This document shows positions 1 to 8,429 of a DNA stretch of 32,000 nucleotides, one piece after another; within the stretch, counting starts at the first letter, position 1; every line of letters begins with the position of its first letter. The notes under the pieces are model-generated. The model searched no databases. It was not told where the DNA came from and saw only the letters and a list, made by a program, of their open reading frames with translations. The translations under genes were made by a program, and so were the position numbers. The stretch spans positions 6,630,001 through 6,662,000 of the forward strand of contig NC_010628.1 in NCBI RefSeq assembly GCF_000020025.1. The letters run 5' to 3'. This stretch comes from Nostoc punctiforme PCC 73102. GTDB taxonomy: Bacteria > Cyanobacteriota > Cyanobacteriia > Cyanobacteriales > Nostocaceae.

Positions 1-2
1 AT

Positions 3-806
3 GGTGTGGAAGCAGTTAGTAATTGGGAATCTTGGCAACCACACTTAATTTTTATGGATATGCGAATGCCGATCATGGACGGCTACGAAGCTACAAGAAT
101 AATTAAAGGTAAACAAGTAGGGTATGAGACAGCCAATAGATTGCGGAGGTTCCCAAAATTTAAACAACTGACATCATCGGGGAGTCAGTACTTTAACGGT
201 GGGTTAAGCAATTCAGGTGACTATGAGGTTCTCAAAACTGTATACAAAGCCTCTCCCACGCCAGAAGTAGCTGGTGTCATGGAACACAATCGTGATGCTT
301 CTGGTGCGGCTATTTTGCGATCGCCAAAAGCCCTAGCTCCCTGTTTCGACTTGCTGGAGACGGGGCAGGGTTGTTTGAATAAACACACGATCGTTATTGC
401 CCTAACTGCTAGCGCCTTTGAAGAAGAACGTCAGAAAATTTTATCTATTGGCTGTGATGATTTTATTCGCAAGCCATTCACACAGGAAGTATTATTGGAA
501 AAACTGAGCCAACATCTGGGTGTAAAGTATACCAATCAAGTAGAAAAGCCAAATACAGCAGTTGCCGAGCAAGCTACACAGATATTTGTCAGTTTTGCTG
601 AACTCCTGAGTCATTTATCACAAATGTCACCTGAGTGGCTGCAAAAGATCCACTATGCCGCAGCCAGCTGTAGCGATGAACTGATTTTAGAGTTAATCAA
701 GCAAATTTCCTCAGATAATGTTCAGGTATCGCAAGTTCTCAGGGATTTAGCAAATAACTACCAGTTTGAGAAAATTATGGAATTGACTAGAACGAACGTA
801 GAATGA
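3..806 (+). CDS. C-terminal receiver (REC) domain plus about 100-aa tail of a hybrid sensor kinase/response regulator; 5' end lies outside the window
   Basis: The reading frame is open from the window edge. REC motifs are HLIFMDMRMPIMDGYEAT and TIVIALTASAFEEERQKILSIGCDDFIRKPF. An 89-codon non-REC segment (nt 117-383) separates them. The TGA stop overlaps the next ATG (ATGA at 803-806). Confidence 0.8.
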   Translation, partial: GVEAVSNWESWQPHLIFMDMRMPIMDGYEATRIIKGKQVGYETANRLRRFPKFKQLTSSGSQYFNGGLSNSGDYEVLKTVYKASPTPEVAGVMEHNRDASGAAILRSPKALAPCFDLLETGQGCLNKHTIVIALTASAFEEERQKILSIGCDDFIRKPFTQEVLLEKLSQHLGVKYTNQVEKPNTAVAEQATQIFVSFAELLSHLSQMSPEWLQKIHYAAASCSDELILELIKQISSDNVQVSQVLRDLANNYQFEKIMELTRTNVE

Positions 807-2638
807 ATTACGAGCATTTAGACCCTAATAAAAAAGATATTTTGATCGTTGACGATATGGCGGACAACCTGCGGGTTTTATCCTCAATATTGGCAAGGGA
901 AGGGTATAACGTTCGTAAAGCCTTGAACTGGCAAATGGCACTGACAGCAACTCAAACAGTATTGCCGGATCTGATTTTGCTCGATATTATGATGCCAGAA
1001 GTAGATGGCTATGAAATTTGTCAGGCATTTAAAGCTTGGGAGCTAACAGCCGATATTCCGGTGATTTTTATTAGCGCTTTAGATGATGTTTTTGACAAAG
1101 TTAAAGCCTTTAGGGTAGGTGGTGTAGACTACATCACCAAACCTTTTGAGTTTCAAGAAGTTTTAGTGCGTGTAAAAAATCAACTGGCATTGAGGTCAGC
1201 GCGATTAGAAATATTGAAACTAAATGTGGAACTGGAACATCGGGTAACACAGCGAACCGAGGAGCTAGAAAAAGCTCTCCAAAAACTTCAAAAAGAAATC
1301 AATTCCCGCCAAAAACTACAAAGTAAACTATTAGATATAGCGCTGCATGATTCGCTGACTGGATTACCAAATCGAGTGTTGTTTATGAGAAGACTAGACA
1401 ATGCTCTAAATCGAGCAAAACAAGAATCTAGTTATCAGTTTGCAGTACTTTTTTTAGACTGCGATCGCTTCAAAGTTGTCAACGATTCTCTTGGTCATCT
1501 GGTGGGAGATGAATTGCTGATTTCTATCGCTCGTCGCCTGCAAGCGTGTCTCATACCTATTGATACTCTAGCACGATTGGGTGGTGATGAATTTGGAATT
1601 CTCTTAGAAAAGATTACGGATATCAATATAGCAATCCAAGTTGCCGATAGGATTCTGCAACAGCTATCACTTGCTTTTAAACTATCAAGATATGAAGTCT
1701 TTATGAATGCCAGTATTGGCATTAGTTGGGGCAATAAAGATTACGATCGCCCAGAGTATTTGCTGCGGGATGCTGATACGGCAATGTATCGGGCTAAGGC
1801 TCAAGGAAGAGCTAAATATCATGTTTTCAATCCAGCGATGCATCAGGAAGCTATTCAGCTTTTAGAATTAGAGAATGATCTCCGAAGGGCTGTTGAAAGG
1901 CAAGAATTCCTCGTTTATTATCAGCCAATTGTTTCTTTAATTACAGGTAAAATTTCTGGATTTGAAGCATTGGTGCGCTGGCAACATCCAACTCGTGGTC
2001 TAGTTTCTCCTACAGAATTTATTCCTGTAGCAGAAGAAACAGGTTTGATTAATGCCATCAATACTTGGGTATTACAGTCAGCTTGTCATCAACTAAGCAT
2101 CTGGCAACATCAGCCAGTGACACCAGAACCTCTAACGATTAGTGTCAATTTGAGTGCTAGGTTATTTTTACAACCCAATTTTGTAGAACAAATTGACCGA
2201 ATTATTTATGAAACTAAAATAAATCCTACATATTTAGAATTAGAAATAACAGAAAGTGTAATTATGGAAAATACTAATGCAATTAAGATAATTTTTCAAC
2301 AACTAAAACAGCGAAGTATAAAGTTGGTTATGGATGACTTTGGTACAGGATATTCTTCTTTAAGTTACCTGCACAGCTTTCCTTTAAATGCACTCAAAAT
2401 TGATAAATCTTTTGTCAAACGTATGCAGGATAATAAAGAAAATATGGGGCTAGTACCAGCAATGATTGGCATTGCCAATTCAATGGGCATGAGTGCGATC
2501 GCTGAAGGTGTCGAAACAGAAGAACAATTAGCCCAGTTGAGAAGCCTAAATTGTAATTTCGCTCAAGGATTTCTGTTTTCTGAACCCATAGAACAACAAT
2601 TGGTTATTAAGTTGCTTGCCGTAGCACCTCAATGGTAG
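803..2638 (+). CDS. Response regulator with REC, coiled-coil, GGDEF (diguanylate cyclase) and EAL (c-di-GMP phosphodiesterase) domains
   Basis: 611-aa ORF. REC motifs are ILIVDD, LDIMMPEVDGYE and DYITKPF. The GGDEF motif is RLGGDEFGILL. EAL-domain motifs are EALVRW, DDFGTGYSSLSYL and EGVETEEQ. The start is translationally coupled to the upstream ORF. Confidence 0.9.
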   Translation: MNYEHLDPNKKDILIVDDMADNLRVLSSILAREGYNVRKALNWQMALTATQTVLPDLILLDIMMPEVDGYEICQAFKAWELTADIPVIFISALDDVFDKVKAFRVGGVDYITKPFEFQEVLVRVKNQLALRSARLEILKLNVELEHRVTQRTEELEKALQKLQKEINSRQKLQSKLLDIALHDSLTGLPNRVLFMRRLDNALNRAKQESSYQFAVLFLDCDRFKVVNDSLGHLVGDELLISIARRLQACLIPIDTLARLGGDEFGILLEKITDINIAIQVADRILQQLSLAFKLSRYEVFMNASIGISWGNKDYDRPEYLLRDADTAMYRAKAQGRAKYHVFNPAMHQEAIQLLELENDLRRAVERQEFLVYYQPIVSLITGKISGFEALVRWQHPTRGLVSPTEFIPVAEETGLINAINTWVLQSACHQLSIWQHQPVTPEPLTISVNLSARLFLQPNFVEQIDRIIYETKINPTYLELEITESVIMENTNAIKIIFQQLKQRSIKLVMDDFGTGYSSLSYLHSFPLNALKIDKSFVKRMQDNKENMGLVPAMIGIANSMGMSAIAEGVETEEQLAQLRSLNCNFAQGFLFSEPIEQQLVIKLLAVAPQW

Positions 2639-2910
2639 CTATCCACTAAGCACTTGAGAAGAATTTCATTGTTGATGTTCGTCGGCTAGATTATCTGTGT
2701 GGGCTATCTAGATAAGCTGCTCTAAGCAGGCTATCAGGTTCACTAAGCTCATAAATGGCTAATAGCTTTGGTAGTTTATAAAACTCTCTAGCCACTGTAG
2801 GAGCTAAACTATAAATATAAGTATTTTGGTGAAATTGATCAAAAAATCAGGATAATTTCAAATAAGCATTTACTATCCTCAATCATTACAAGCATAGCTT
2901 TTGATACATA

Positions 2911-4299
2911 ATGCATTTCAATCAAACTAACCATCATAAAAAAAATATTTTGGTGGTCGATGATACCCCAGATAATTTGAGGCTTTTATCGGCAATGTTG
3001 ACTGCACAAGGTTTTGAAGTTCGCAAAGCTTTAAACGGTAAAATGGCACTCACTGCATGTCAAATGGTTTTGCCGGATGTGATTTTGCTGGATATCAATA
3101 TGCCAGGGATGGATGGCTATCAAGTTTGTCAACAACTGAAGGCTGACGATAAAACTTGTGAAGTCCCAGTGATTTTTATCAGCGCCCTGGATGATGTTGT
3201 AGATAAAGTAAAAGCTTTTGATGTTGGTGGTGTAGATTATATTGCCAAACCTTTTCATGGGGCAGAGGTTGTGTTGCGAATTGAAAATCAGATTAATTTA
3301 CGTTTGCTCCAAGTTAGACTGCAAGAAAAAAACTTTTTATTACAAGAAGCTCTTGATAACTTAAAATCTGCTCAAGTTCAACAGATTCAGAACGAAAAGA
3401 TGGTGGCGCTGGGGCAGTTAGTGGCTGGGCTGGCTCATGAAATTAATAATCCCATCAGTTTTATTTATGGTAATCTCCAATATGCTGGTCAATATGTGCA
3501 AGACCTAGTAAATCTAATTGAAGTTTATCAACAGGAATATCCTAAACCTACGCCAAAAATTCAGCAAATATCCCAAGATGTAGACCTAAATTTTATGATT
3601 AAGGATCTACAAAACCTCATAGGTGCAATGTATAGAGGCTCCGATCGCATTCGGGAAATTGTGCTGGCGCTACAACACTTTTCTCGTCATGACGAAGCAG
3701 AGATGAAGCGGGTAAATATCCATGAAGATATCGAAAACACTTTGGTGATGTTACAATATCGACTCAGGGAAGCAGCAGACCGTCCCGCAATTATTGTAGT
3801 GAAAGATTATGGTAACTTGCCCCTAGTTACTTGTTATGCGAGTGAACTAAACCAAGTATTTATGCATTTATTGAATAATGCTATCGATGCAATAGAAGAG
3901 AAAGTGGGGAATCAATCTTTTAATCCTTATTCCCTAATACCACTTGACGGGAGTCGCTCTACGTGGGAGGACACGCCAGTTCCTGCACTTGGAGAAACCT
4001 CAAAACCGCAGTGGCTCTTCCCTACTCCCCAGATTAGGATTCACACAGAGGTGACAGACTTAAATACGATCAAAATTGCGATCGCAGATAATGGTCCTGG
4101 TATAGAAGAGTCGTTGCGATCGCGTTTATTTGACCCATTTTTTACCACAAAACCTGTGGGCAAAGGTAGTGGGCTAGGATTATCTATTAGCTATCAAATT
4201 ATCGTCCAAAAACACCGAGGAAATATTACCTGCACTTCTTCTGTTGGGCAAGGAGCAGAGTTTGCGATCGAAATTCCCATTGGGCAACCTGAGCATTAG
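2911..4299 (+). CDS. Hybrid REC-histidine kinase (N-terminal receiver, H-box dimerisation region, HATPase_c)
   Basis: 462-aa ORF. The REC is paralogous to the one at 803. The H-box is AHEINNPISFIYGNL, the N-box LLNNAIDA, the G1 DNGPGI and the G2 GKGSGLGLSIS. Confidence 0.9.
   Translation: MHFNQTNHHKKNILVVDDTPDNLRLLSAMLTAQGFEVRKALNGKMALTACQMVLPDVILLDINMPGMDGYQVCQQLKADDKTCEVPVIFISALDDVVDKVKAFDVGGVDYIAKPFHGAEVVLRIENQINLRLLQVRLQEKNFLLQEALDNLKSAQVQQIQNEKMVALGQLVAGLAHEINNPISFIYGNLQYAGQYVQDLVNLIEVYQQEYPKPTPKIQQISQDVDLNFMIKDLQNLIGAMYRGSDRIREIVLALQHFSRHDEAEMKRVNIHEDIENTLVMLQYRLREAADRPAIIVVKDYGNLPLVTCYASELNQVFMHLLNNAIDAIEEKVGNQSFNPYSLIPLDGSRSTWEDTPVPALGETSKPQWLFPTPQIRIHTEVTDLNTIKIAIADNGPGIEESLRSRLFDPFFTTKPVGKGSGLGLSISYQIIVQKHRGNITCTSSVGQGAEFAIEIPIGQPEH
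3920..4030. repeat. In-frame extra segment (about 31 codons) in the ATP-binding domain of the kinase, probably derived from a dispersed repeat
   Basis: The N-box to G1-box spacing is 65 aa here against 34 aa in the paralogous kinase at 27456..28901. The extra peptide NQSFNPYSLIPLDGSRSTWEDTPVPALGETSKPQWLFPT is low-complexity. Boundaries are approximate. Confidence 0.4.
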
Positions 4300-4354
4300 C
4301 CAACAGCAAACTCGGTAAATTGTCTTTTGAAGAGGGAATGAAAAGCTAATACAA

Positions 4355-4507
4355 TATAGGAATCCGCTTTGATTTTTGTATCCCTCACGGGAGCGTAGCC
4401 ATATTTACTTGCGTGGGAAGGCAAGAGGCAAGGGCAATAGGCAATAGGAAAGAAGGCTTTTTGAGTTGTACGGAGTTTTTTCACGCAATCAAATATGAGT
4501 GATATAT
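4355..4507 (+). mobile_element. MITE-like non-autonomous dispersed repeat, copy A
   Basis: Aligns along its length with 22801-22923 (+) and 22206-22340 (-). Shared blocks are TATAGGAATC..TTTGATTTTTG..GTAGCCATATTTACTTGCGTGG..AGGCAAGAGGCAAG..GAAGGCTTTTTGAGTTGTACGGAGTTTTTTCACGCAATCAAATAT. The ends are imperfectly inverted (TATAGGA / TCCTATC-like). It carries no ORF of its own. Confidence 0.65.
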
Positions 4508-4751
4508 CTTGTTTAGCAATCCTGTGAATTGGAAAGTGTTATTAAAGATAGCGCGGAATCGGCGATCGCTTTCTTGCAATTTGGCAGTGCGTTCTTGTAC
4601 TTTGGCTTCTAACTCAGTGTTGAGGATTTGGAGGTTGTGATAAAGTTCGGCTTGTTGAATAACGATCGTCCCGTCCTAGGAAGCGTCGATACAAAGCTCT
4701 ATCTTCAGCAGAGTCTTCTACAAAAAATACAGTTATTGCATTGACTGTCAT
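4507..4751 (-). pseudogene. Decayed remnant of a REC-PAS sensor kinase gene (N-terminal fragments only, frameshifted, truncated at MITE copy A)
   Basis: Minus-strand ATG at 4751 gives MTVNAITVFFVEDSAEDRALYRRFLGRDDRY, a receiver N-terminus. A second frame then reads QQAELYHNLQILNTELEAKVQERTAKLQESDRRFRAIFNNTFQFTGLL, a coiled-coil linker plus PAS start. That frame runs into the MITE and stops. Most of the REC and all kinase domains are absent. Confidence 0.55.
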
Positions 4752-4912
4752 GTATCTCAGCTCCTCAGGAAGCTGCGGGAGTAGGAGAGAAGAATGAATA
4801 CTCAGTAATAGCCAATACCCAATCCCCCATTCCCAATCTCTAATTCAGGAAATCCGGACTTTTTCTTGATTACAGACTACTATTTTTAGCCCCATAAACG
4901 CATAATAGAATA

Positions 4913-6133
4913 GTGAGCGATCTGTTCGTCCCTTTACAATCTCTCAAACAAGGTGACTGGTTCAAGCTCATCTGCGGAGCTAGCTTCCAGCATTTGCCGG
5001 CAGTCAGAAATTTAACGTTAGCCTATACTTTGGCGGGCGCTGACTGCATAGATGTTGCAGCTGATCCAGCAGTGATTGCAGCAGCGCAAGCAGGGCTACA
5101 AGTAGCTAAAACTCTAGCTAAAGATGCCCAAAAGCGAGGCTTTGACTACAAAGGCAACTTACCCTTTTTAATGGTCAGCCTGAACGATGGAGAAGACCCC
5201 CATTTTCGCAAAGCAGAATTTAATCCTACTGAGTGTTCTAGAGACTGTCCTAGACCCTGTGAACGGATTTGTCCGGCACAAGCAATCGTGTTTGACAGTA
5301 TCAAAGATGACTTTTCGGGAGTAGTATCCGAAAAGTGTTATGGCTGCGGTCGTTGCATCCCAATTTGTCCTTATGGTATAATTTATACAGCTTCATACGT
5401 GGCACCGCCAGGAGCGATCGCGCCATTAGTAATGTCAACAGGAGTAGATGCCGTAGAAATCCATACACAAGTAGGGCGGTTGGCAGAATTTCAGCGATTG
5501 TGGCAGGCAATTTCACCGTGGGCCGATCAATTAAAGGTACTAGCCATCAGCTGTCCCGATGGCGAGGGGATGACTGATTACCTAAGAGCAGTGTATGACC
5601 TGATTTCCCCACTCAAAAGTGCTTTAATTTGGCAAACCGACGGTCGTTCTATGAGTGGCGATATTGGCGATGGCACTACAATAGCCGCAGTGAGATTAGG
5701 GCAGAAAGTTTTGGCAGCGAAATTACCGGGATATGTGCAGTTAGCAGGCGGCACAAATAGCTATACCGTTGCTAAGTTAAAGGCAGTGGGACTGTTAAAC
5801 AGTGCTGAGTTCCGAGTTATGAGTGCTGAGGAACACTGTATTACTCAGCACGGGCTAAACCTTAGCTATCCGCTAACAGCACAGGCTAAACGCCCCGCTA
5901 CCACTAACAGCACTCAGCACTCCCACATCGCCGGGGTCGCCTACGGTAGCTACGCCCGTGTACTGCTGTCACCAATTCTCGAAAAGTTAGAGAATAAGGA
6001 GGTAAGTAACACCAATATGAAGACGACTGTTTGCCTAGAAGAAGATGAAGTATTACTTTGGCAAGCTGTAGAACTTGCTCATTCTCTCGTTTCCCAGATC
6101 AAGTCATCTCAGAGAAGGGAGAGTGAGCATTAA
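4913..6133 (+). CDS. ldpA: LdpA-like iron-sulfur protein (light-dependent period modifier, circadian input), GTG start
   Basis: 406-aa ORF. The N-terminus GDWFKLICGASFQHLPAVRNLTLAYTLAGADCIDVAADPAV and the two Cys clusters CPRPCERICPAQAI and CYGCGRCIPICPYG match my recollection of the LdpA family. It carries an extra repeat-derived C-terminal segment. Confidence 0.75.
   Translation: MSDLFVPLQSLKQGDWFKLICGASFQHLPAVRNLTLAYTLAGADCIDVAADPAVIAAAQAGLQVAKTLAKDAQKRGFDYKGNLPFLMVSLNDGEDPHFRKAEFNPTECSRDCPRPCERICPAQAIVFDSIKDDFSGVVSEKCYGCGRCIPICPYGIIYTASYVAPPGAIAPLVMSTGVDAVEIHTQVGRLAEFQRLWQAISPWADQLKVLAISCPDGEGMTDYLRAVYDLISPLKSALIWQTDGRSMSGDIGDGTTIAAVRLGQKVLAAKLPGYVQLAGGTNSYTVAKLKAVGLLNSAEFRVMSAEEHCITQHGLNLSYPLTAQAKRPATTNSTQHSHIAGVAYGSYARVLLSPILEKLENKEVSNTNMKTTVCLEEDEVLLWQAVELAHSLVSQIKSSQRRESEH
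5801..5925. repeat. In-frame repeat-rich segment inside ldpA (AGTGCTGAG direct and inverted copies plus a 31-nt tandem duplication)
   Basis: AGTGCTGAGT occurs at 5801 and GAGTGCTGAG at 5821. The inverted copy CTCAGCAC occurs at about 5844 and 5913. Tandem units are GGGCTAAACCTTAGCTATCCGCTAACAGCAC and AGGCTAAACGCCCCGCTACCACTAACAGCAC. The translation is SAEFRVMSAEEHCITQHGLNLSYPLTAQAKRPATTNSTQHS. Confidence 0.6.
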
Positions 6134-6289
6134 TTAAGCATAATTACTAAGTACAAAAGGATACTGTAATTTATGTTTAATTTATGTTTGTATAGTCAAG
6201 GTAGGAGGTTTGAGCATTGAATGAGCGCTTGAGAACAGTTAGAAGCTGAAAGTATCTGATTTACTGTTGTTTCCGTCACCATAGAAAGC

Positions 6290-8023
6290 ATGACGATTAC
6301 AGACGATCTCCAAAAGTTATTAGACATTTTGCCCCAAGACCTGCAACAAGTACTAGAGAGTCATCCCAAACGAGATAGTTTAGTAGAAGTGGTCTTGGAT
6401 TTGGGTCGTCGCCCAGAGGCTCGCTTTCCTAATCAAGCTGAGTATCTGAGCGAAATACCCGTTACTCAAGAACAGATAGATGATTGCATTCAACGAGTCG
6501 GAATTTTTGGCGGAGATAATCGAGCAGGAATTGAGCAAACTTTGCATCGGATCAGCGCGATCCGCAACCGTACTGGTAAGATTATTGGCTTGACCTGTCG
6601 CGTTGGTCGGGCGGTATTCGGAACCATTGGCATGATCCGCGATTTGGTAGAGACTGGTAAATCGATTCTCATGCTCGGTCGTCCAGGCGTGGGCAAAACT
6701 ACTGCCTTACGAGAAATTGCCCGTGTATTGGCAGACGATCTGCATAAGCGAGTGGTGATTATTGACACCTCCAACGAAATCGCTGGAGATGGTGATGTTG
6801 CCCACCCCGCCATTGGTCGCGCTCGGCGGATGCAAGTGGCTCATCCAGAACAACAGCATCAGGTGATGATTGAGGCAGTGGAAAACCACATGCCAGAAGT
6901 CATTGTCATTGATGAAATTGGCACGGAACTAGAAGCTTTAGCGGCTCGTACTATTGCTGAACGGGGCGTACAGTTGGTAGGTACTGCCCACGGGAATCAG
7001 ATCGAAAATCTGATTAAAAACCCTACCCTGGCTGATTTAGTTGGGGGTATCCAAGCTGTGACTTTGGGAGATGACGAAGCCAGACGGCGAGGCTCTCAAA
7101 AGACTGTTTTGGAGCGGAAAGCCCCTCCTACCTTTGAAATTGCTGTGGAAATGTTGGAACGCCAACGCTGGGTAGTACACGAAAGCGTTGCTGACACAGT
7201 AGATAATCTGCTGCGCGGTCGTCAGGCTACCCCACAAACGAGAACCGTTGATGACCAAGGCAAAGTTGCAGTTACAAGGCAATTAGCTGTTGTTAACGGT
7301 CGCGGTGGACAGTTAGGGACAGTGGAAGAATCTTTCCCACCGGCACGAGCGTCTAATGGCTGGCGTTCTTCTGGACAAATGGTTGCACTGCCACAATTGC
7401 CTGTAGAACGGGTGACTGGACGTAGTGAGTTTGATCGATTGCTGGATGAATCTTTCAATTATTCTGAGAGCATTGATTTAGATGCTGCAACTAGACAGCC
7501 AGGGCCCAATGGTGAAGATTTGCCACTGCACGTTTACCCTTATGGCGTTAGCCGCCATCAACTAGAACAGGTAATTAGCGTGCTAACTTTACCCGTGGTA
7601 TTGACAAAAGATATAGATAGTGCTGATGCAATTTTAGCACTGCGATCGCACGTCAAGAACCACGCCAAATTACGCCAAATGGCGAAAGCTCGTCATGTAC
7701 CCATTCACATGATTAAGTCCAGCACCATTCCGCAAATTACCCGTGGCTTGCGGCGGTTGCTGAACATGGACGACCCAGAAATGACCGATGACCTCGAGCT
7801 GCAACTGTTTTTGCACAGTGGTAGCGATGATGAGATGGATGCCTTGGAAGAAGCTAGACTTGCTGTTGAGCAAATTGTGATTCCTAAAGGACAGCCAGTG
7901 GAGTTATTACCGCGTTCTCCCCAAGTCCGCAAAATGCAACATGAGTTGGTAGAACATTATCGCCTCAAATCGCATAGTTTTGGCGAAGAACCAAATAGAA
8001 GATTGCGGATTTATCCGGCGTAA
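6290..8023 (+). CDS. Ycf45/SpoIIIAA-like AAA ATPase with C-terminal R3H nucleic-acid-binding domain
   Basis: 577-aa ORF. Walker A is GRPGVGKTT and Walker B VIVIDEIG. The C-terminal R3H-like motif is LLPRSPQVRKMQHELVEHYRLKSHSFGEEPNRRLRIYP. Confidence 0.8.
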   Translation: MTITDDLQKLLDILPQDLQQVLESHPKRDSLVEVVLDLGRRPEARFPNQAEYLSEIPVTQEQIDDCIQRVGIFGGDNRAGIEQTLHRISAIRNRTGKIIGLTCRVGRAVFGTIGMIRDLVETGKSILMLGRPGVGKTTALREIARVLADDLHKRVVIIDTSNEIAGDGDVAHPAIGRARRMQVAHPEQQHQVMIEAVENHMPEVIVIDEIGTELEALAARTIAERGVQLVGTAHGNQIENLIKNPTLADLVGGIQAVTLGDDEARRRGSQKTVLERKAPPTFEIAVEMLERQRWVVHESVADTVDNLLRGRQATPQTRTVDDQGKVAVTRQLAVVNGRGGQLGTVEESFPPARASNGWRSSGQMVALPQLPVERVTGRSEFDRLLDESFNYSESIDLDAATRQPGPNGEDLPLHVYPYGVSRHQLEQVISVLTLPVVLTKDIDSADAILALRSHVKNHAKLRQMAKARHVPIHMIKSSTIPQITRGLRRLLNMDDPEMTDDLELQLFLHSGSDDEMDALEEARLAVEQIVIPKGQPVELLPRSPQVRKMQHELVEHYRLKSHSFGEEPNRRLRIYPA

Positions 8024-8073
8024 CTTCTACCCCTAACCCCTCTTCGCAGTGCAAAGAGGGGTAAAGGAACAAA

Positions 8074-8100
8074 CCGCAAAGAACGCAAAGAGCGCAAAGG
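8074..8100. repeat. Three tandem 9-bp units (CCGCAAAGA ACGCAAAGA GCGCAAAGG)
   Basis: Read directly from the sequence. It follows an 8-bp-stem hairpin CCCCTCTT..AAGAGGGG at 8037-8061. Confidence 0.6.
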
Positions 8101-8126
8101 AAGTAAATATTTCAGCAATGCCAAAA

Positions 8127-8153
8127 AACCCGGTCATGAAGACCAGGTTTTTG
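8127..8153 (+). terminator. Candidate intrinsic terminator downstream of the R3H ATPase gene
   Basis: Stem AACCCGGTC / GACCAGGTT (8 of 9 pairs), loop ATGAA, followed by TTTTG. Confidence 0.5.
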
Positions 8154-8429
8154 TGGGGCCATATTTCCCCAAGGCTAGTTATAGAAGTTATTTATAAATC
8201 AGTGTTCTGCTAATTACTACCAAACTTAGATTATCAATTTCGGAAAATTATCGCTCAATTATCAAAATTTTCTCTCACTCACGTGTGCGATGCTTGGGTT
8301 GGGCTAGACCTACGCTCATATCTGCTATTAGCTTGATATCAGTGCGTAGGGGCATTGCTCTCTACTGATTGAAATTTAGATTACAACGTCTGTCTGAGAA
8401 TTTTGCTATTATTTGCTACTTTAAAATAT

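Noticed and set aside
4296-4484. 62-aa minus-strand ORF downstream of the REC-kinase gene
   Set aside because: It reads straight through MITE-like copy A. The same sequence recurs at 22.8 kb in a non-coding context, so the ORF is an artefact of the repeat.
5301-5577. 71-aa (-) and 80-aa (+) ORFs inside ldpA
   Set aside because: These are alternative-frame ORFs within a CDS that has clear Fe-S motifs, and they have no independent support.
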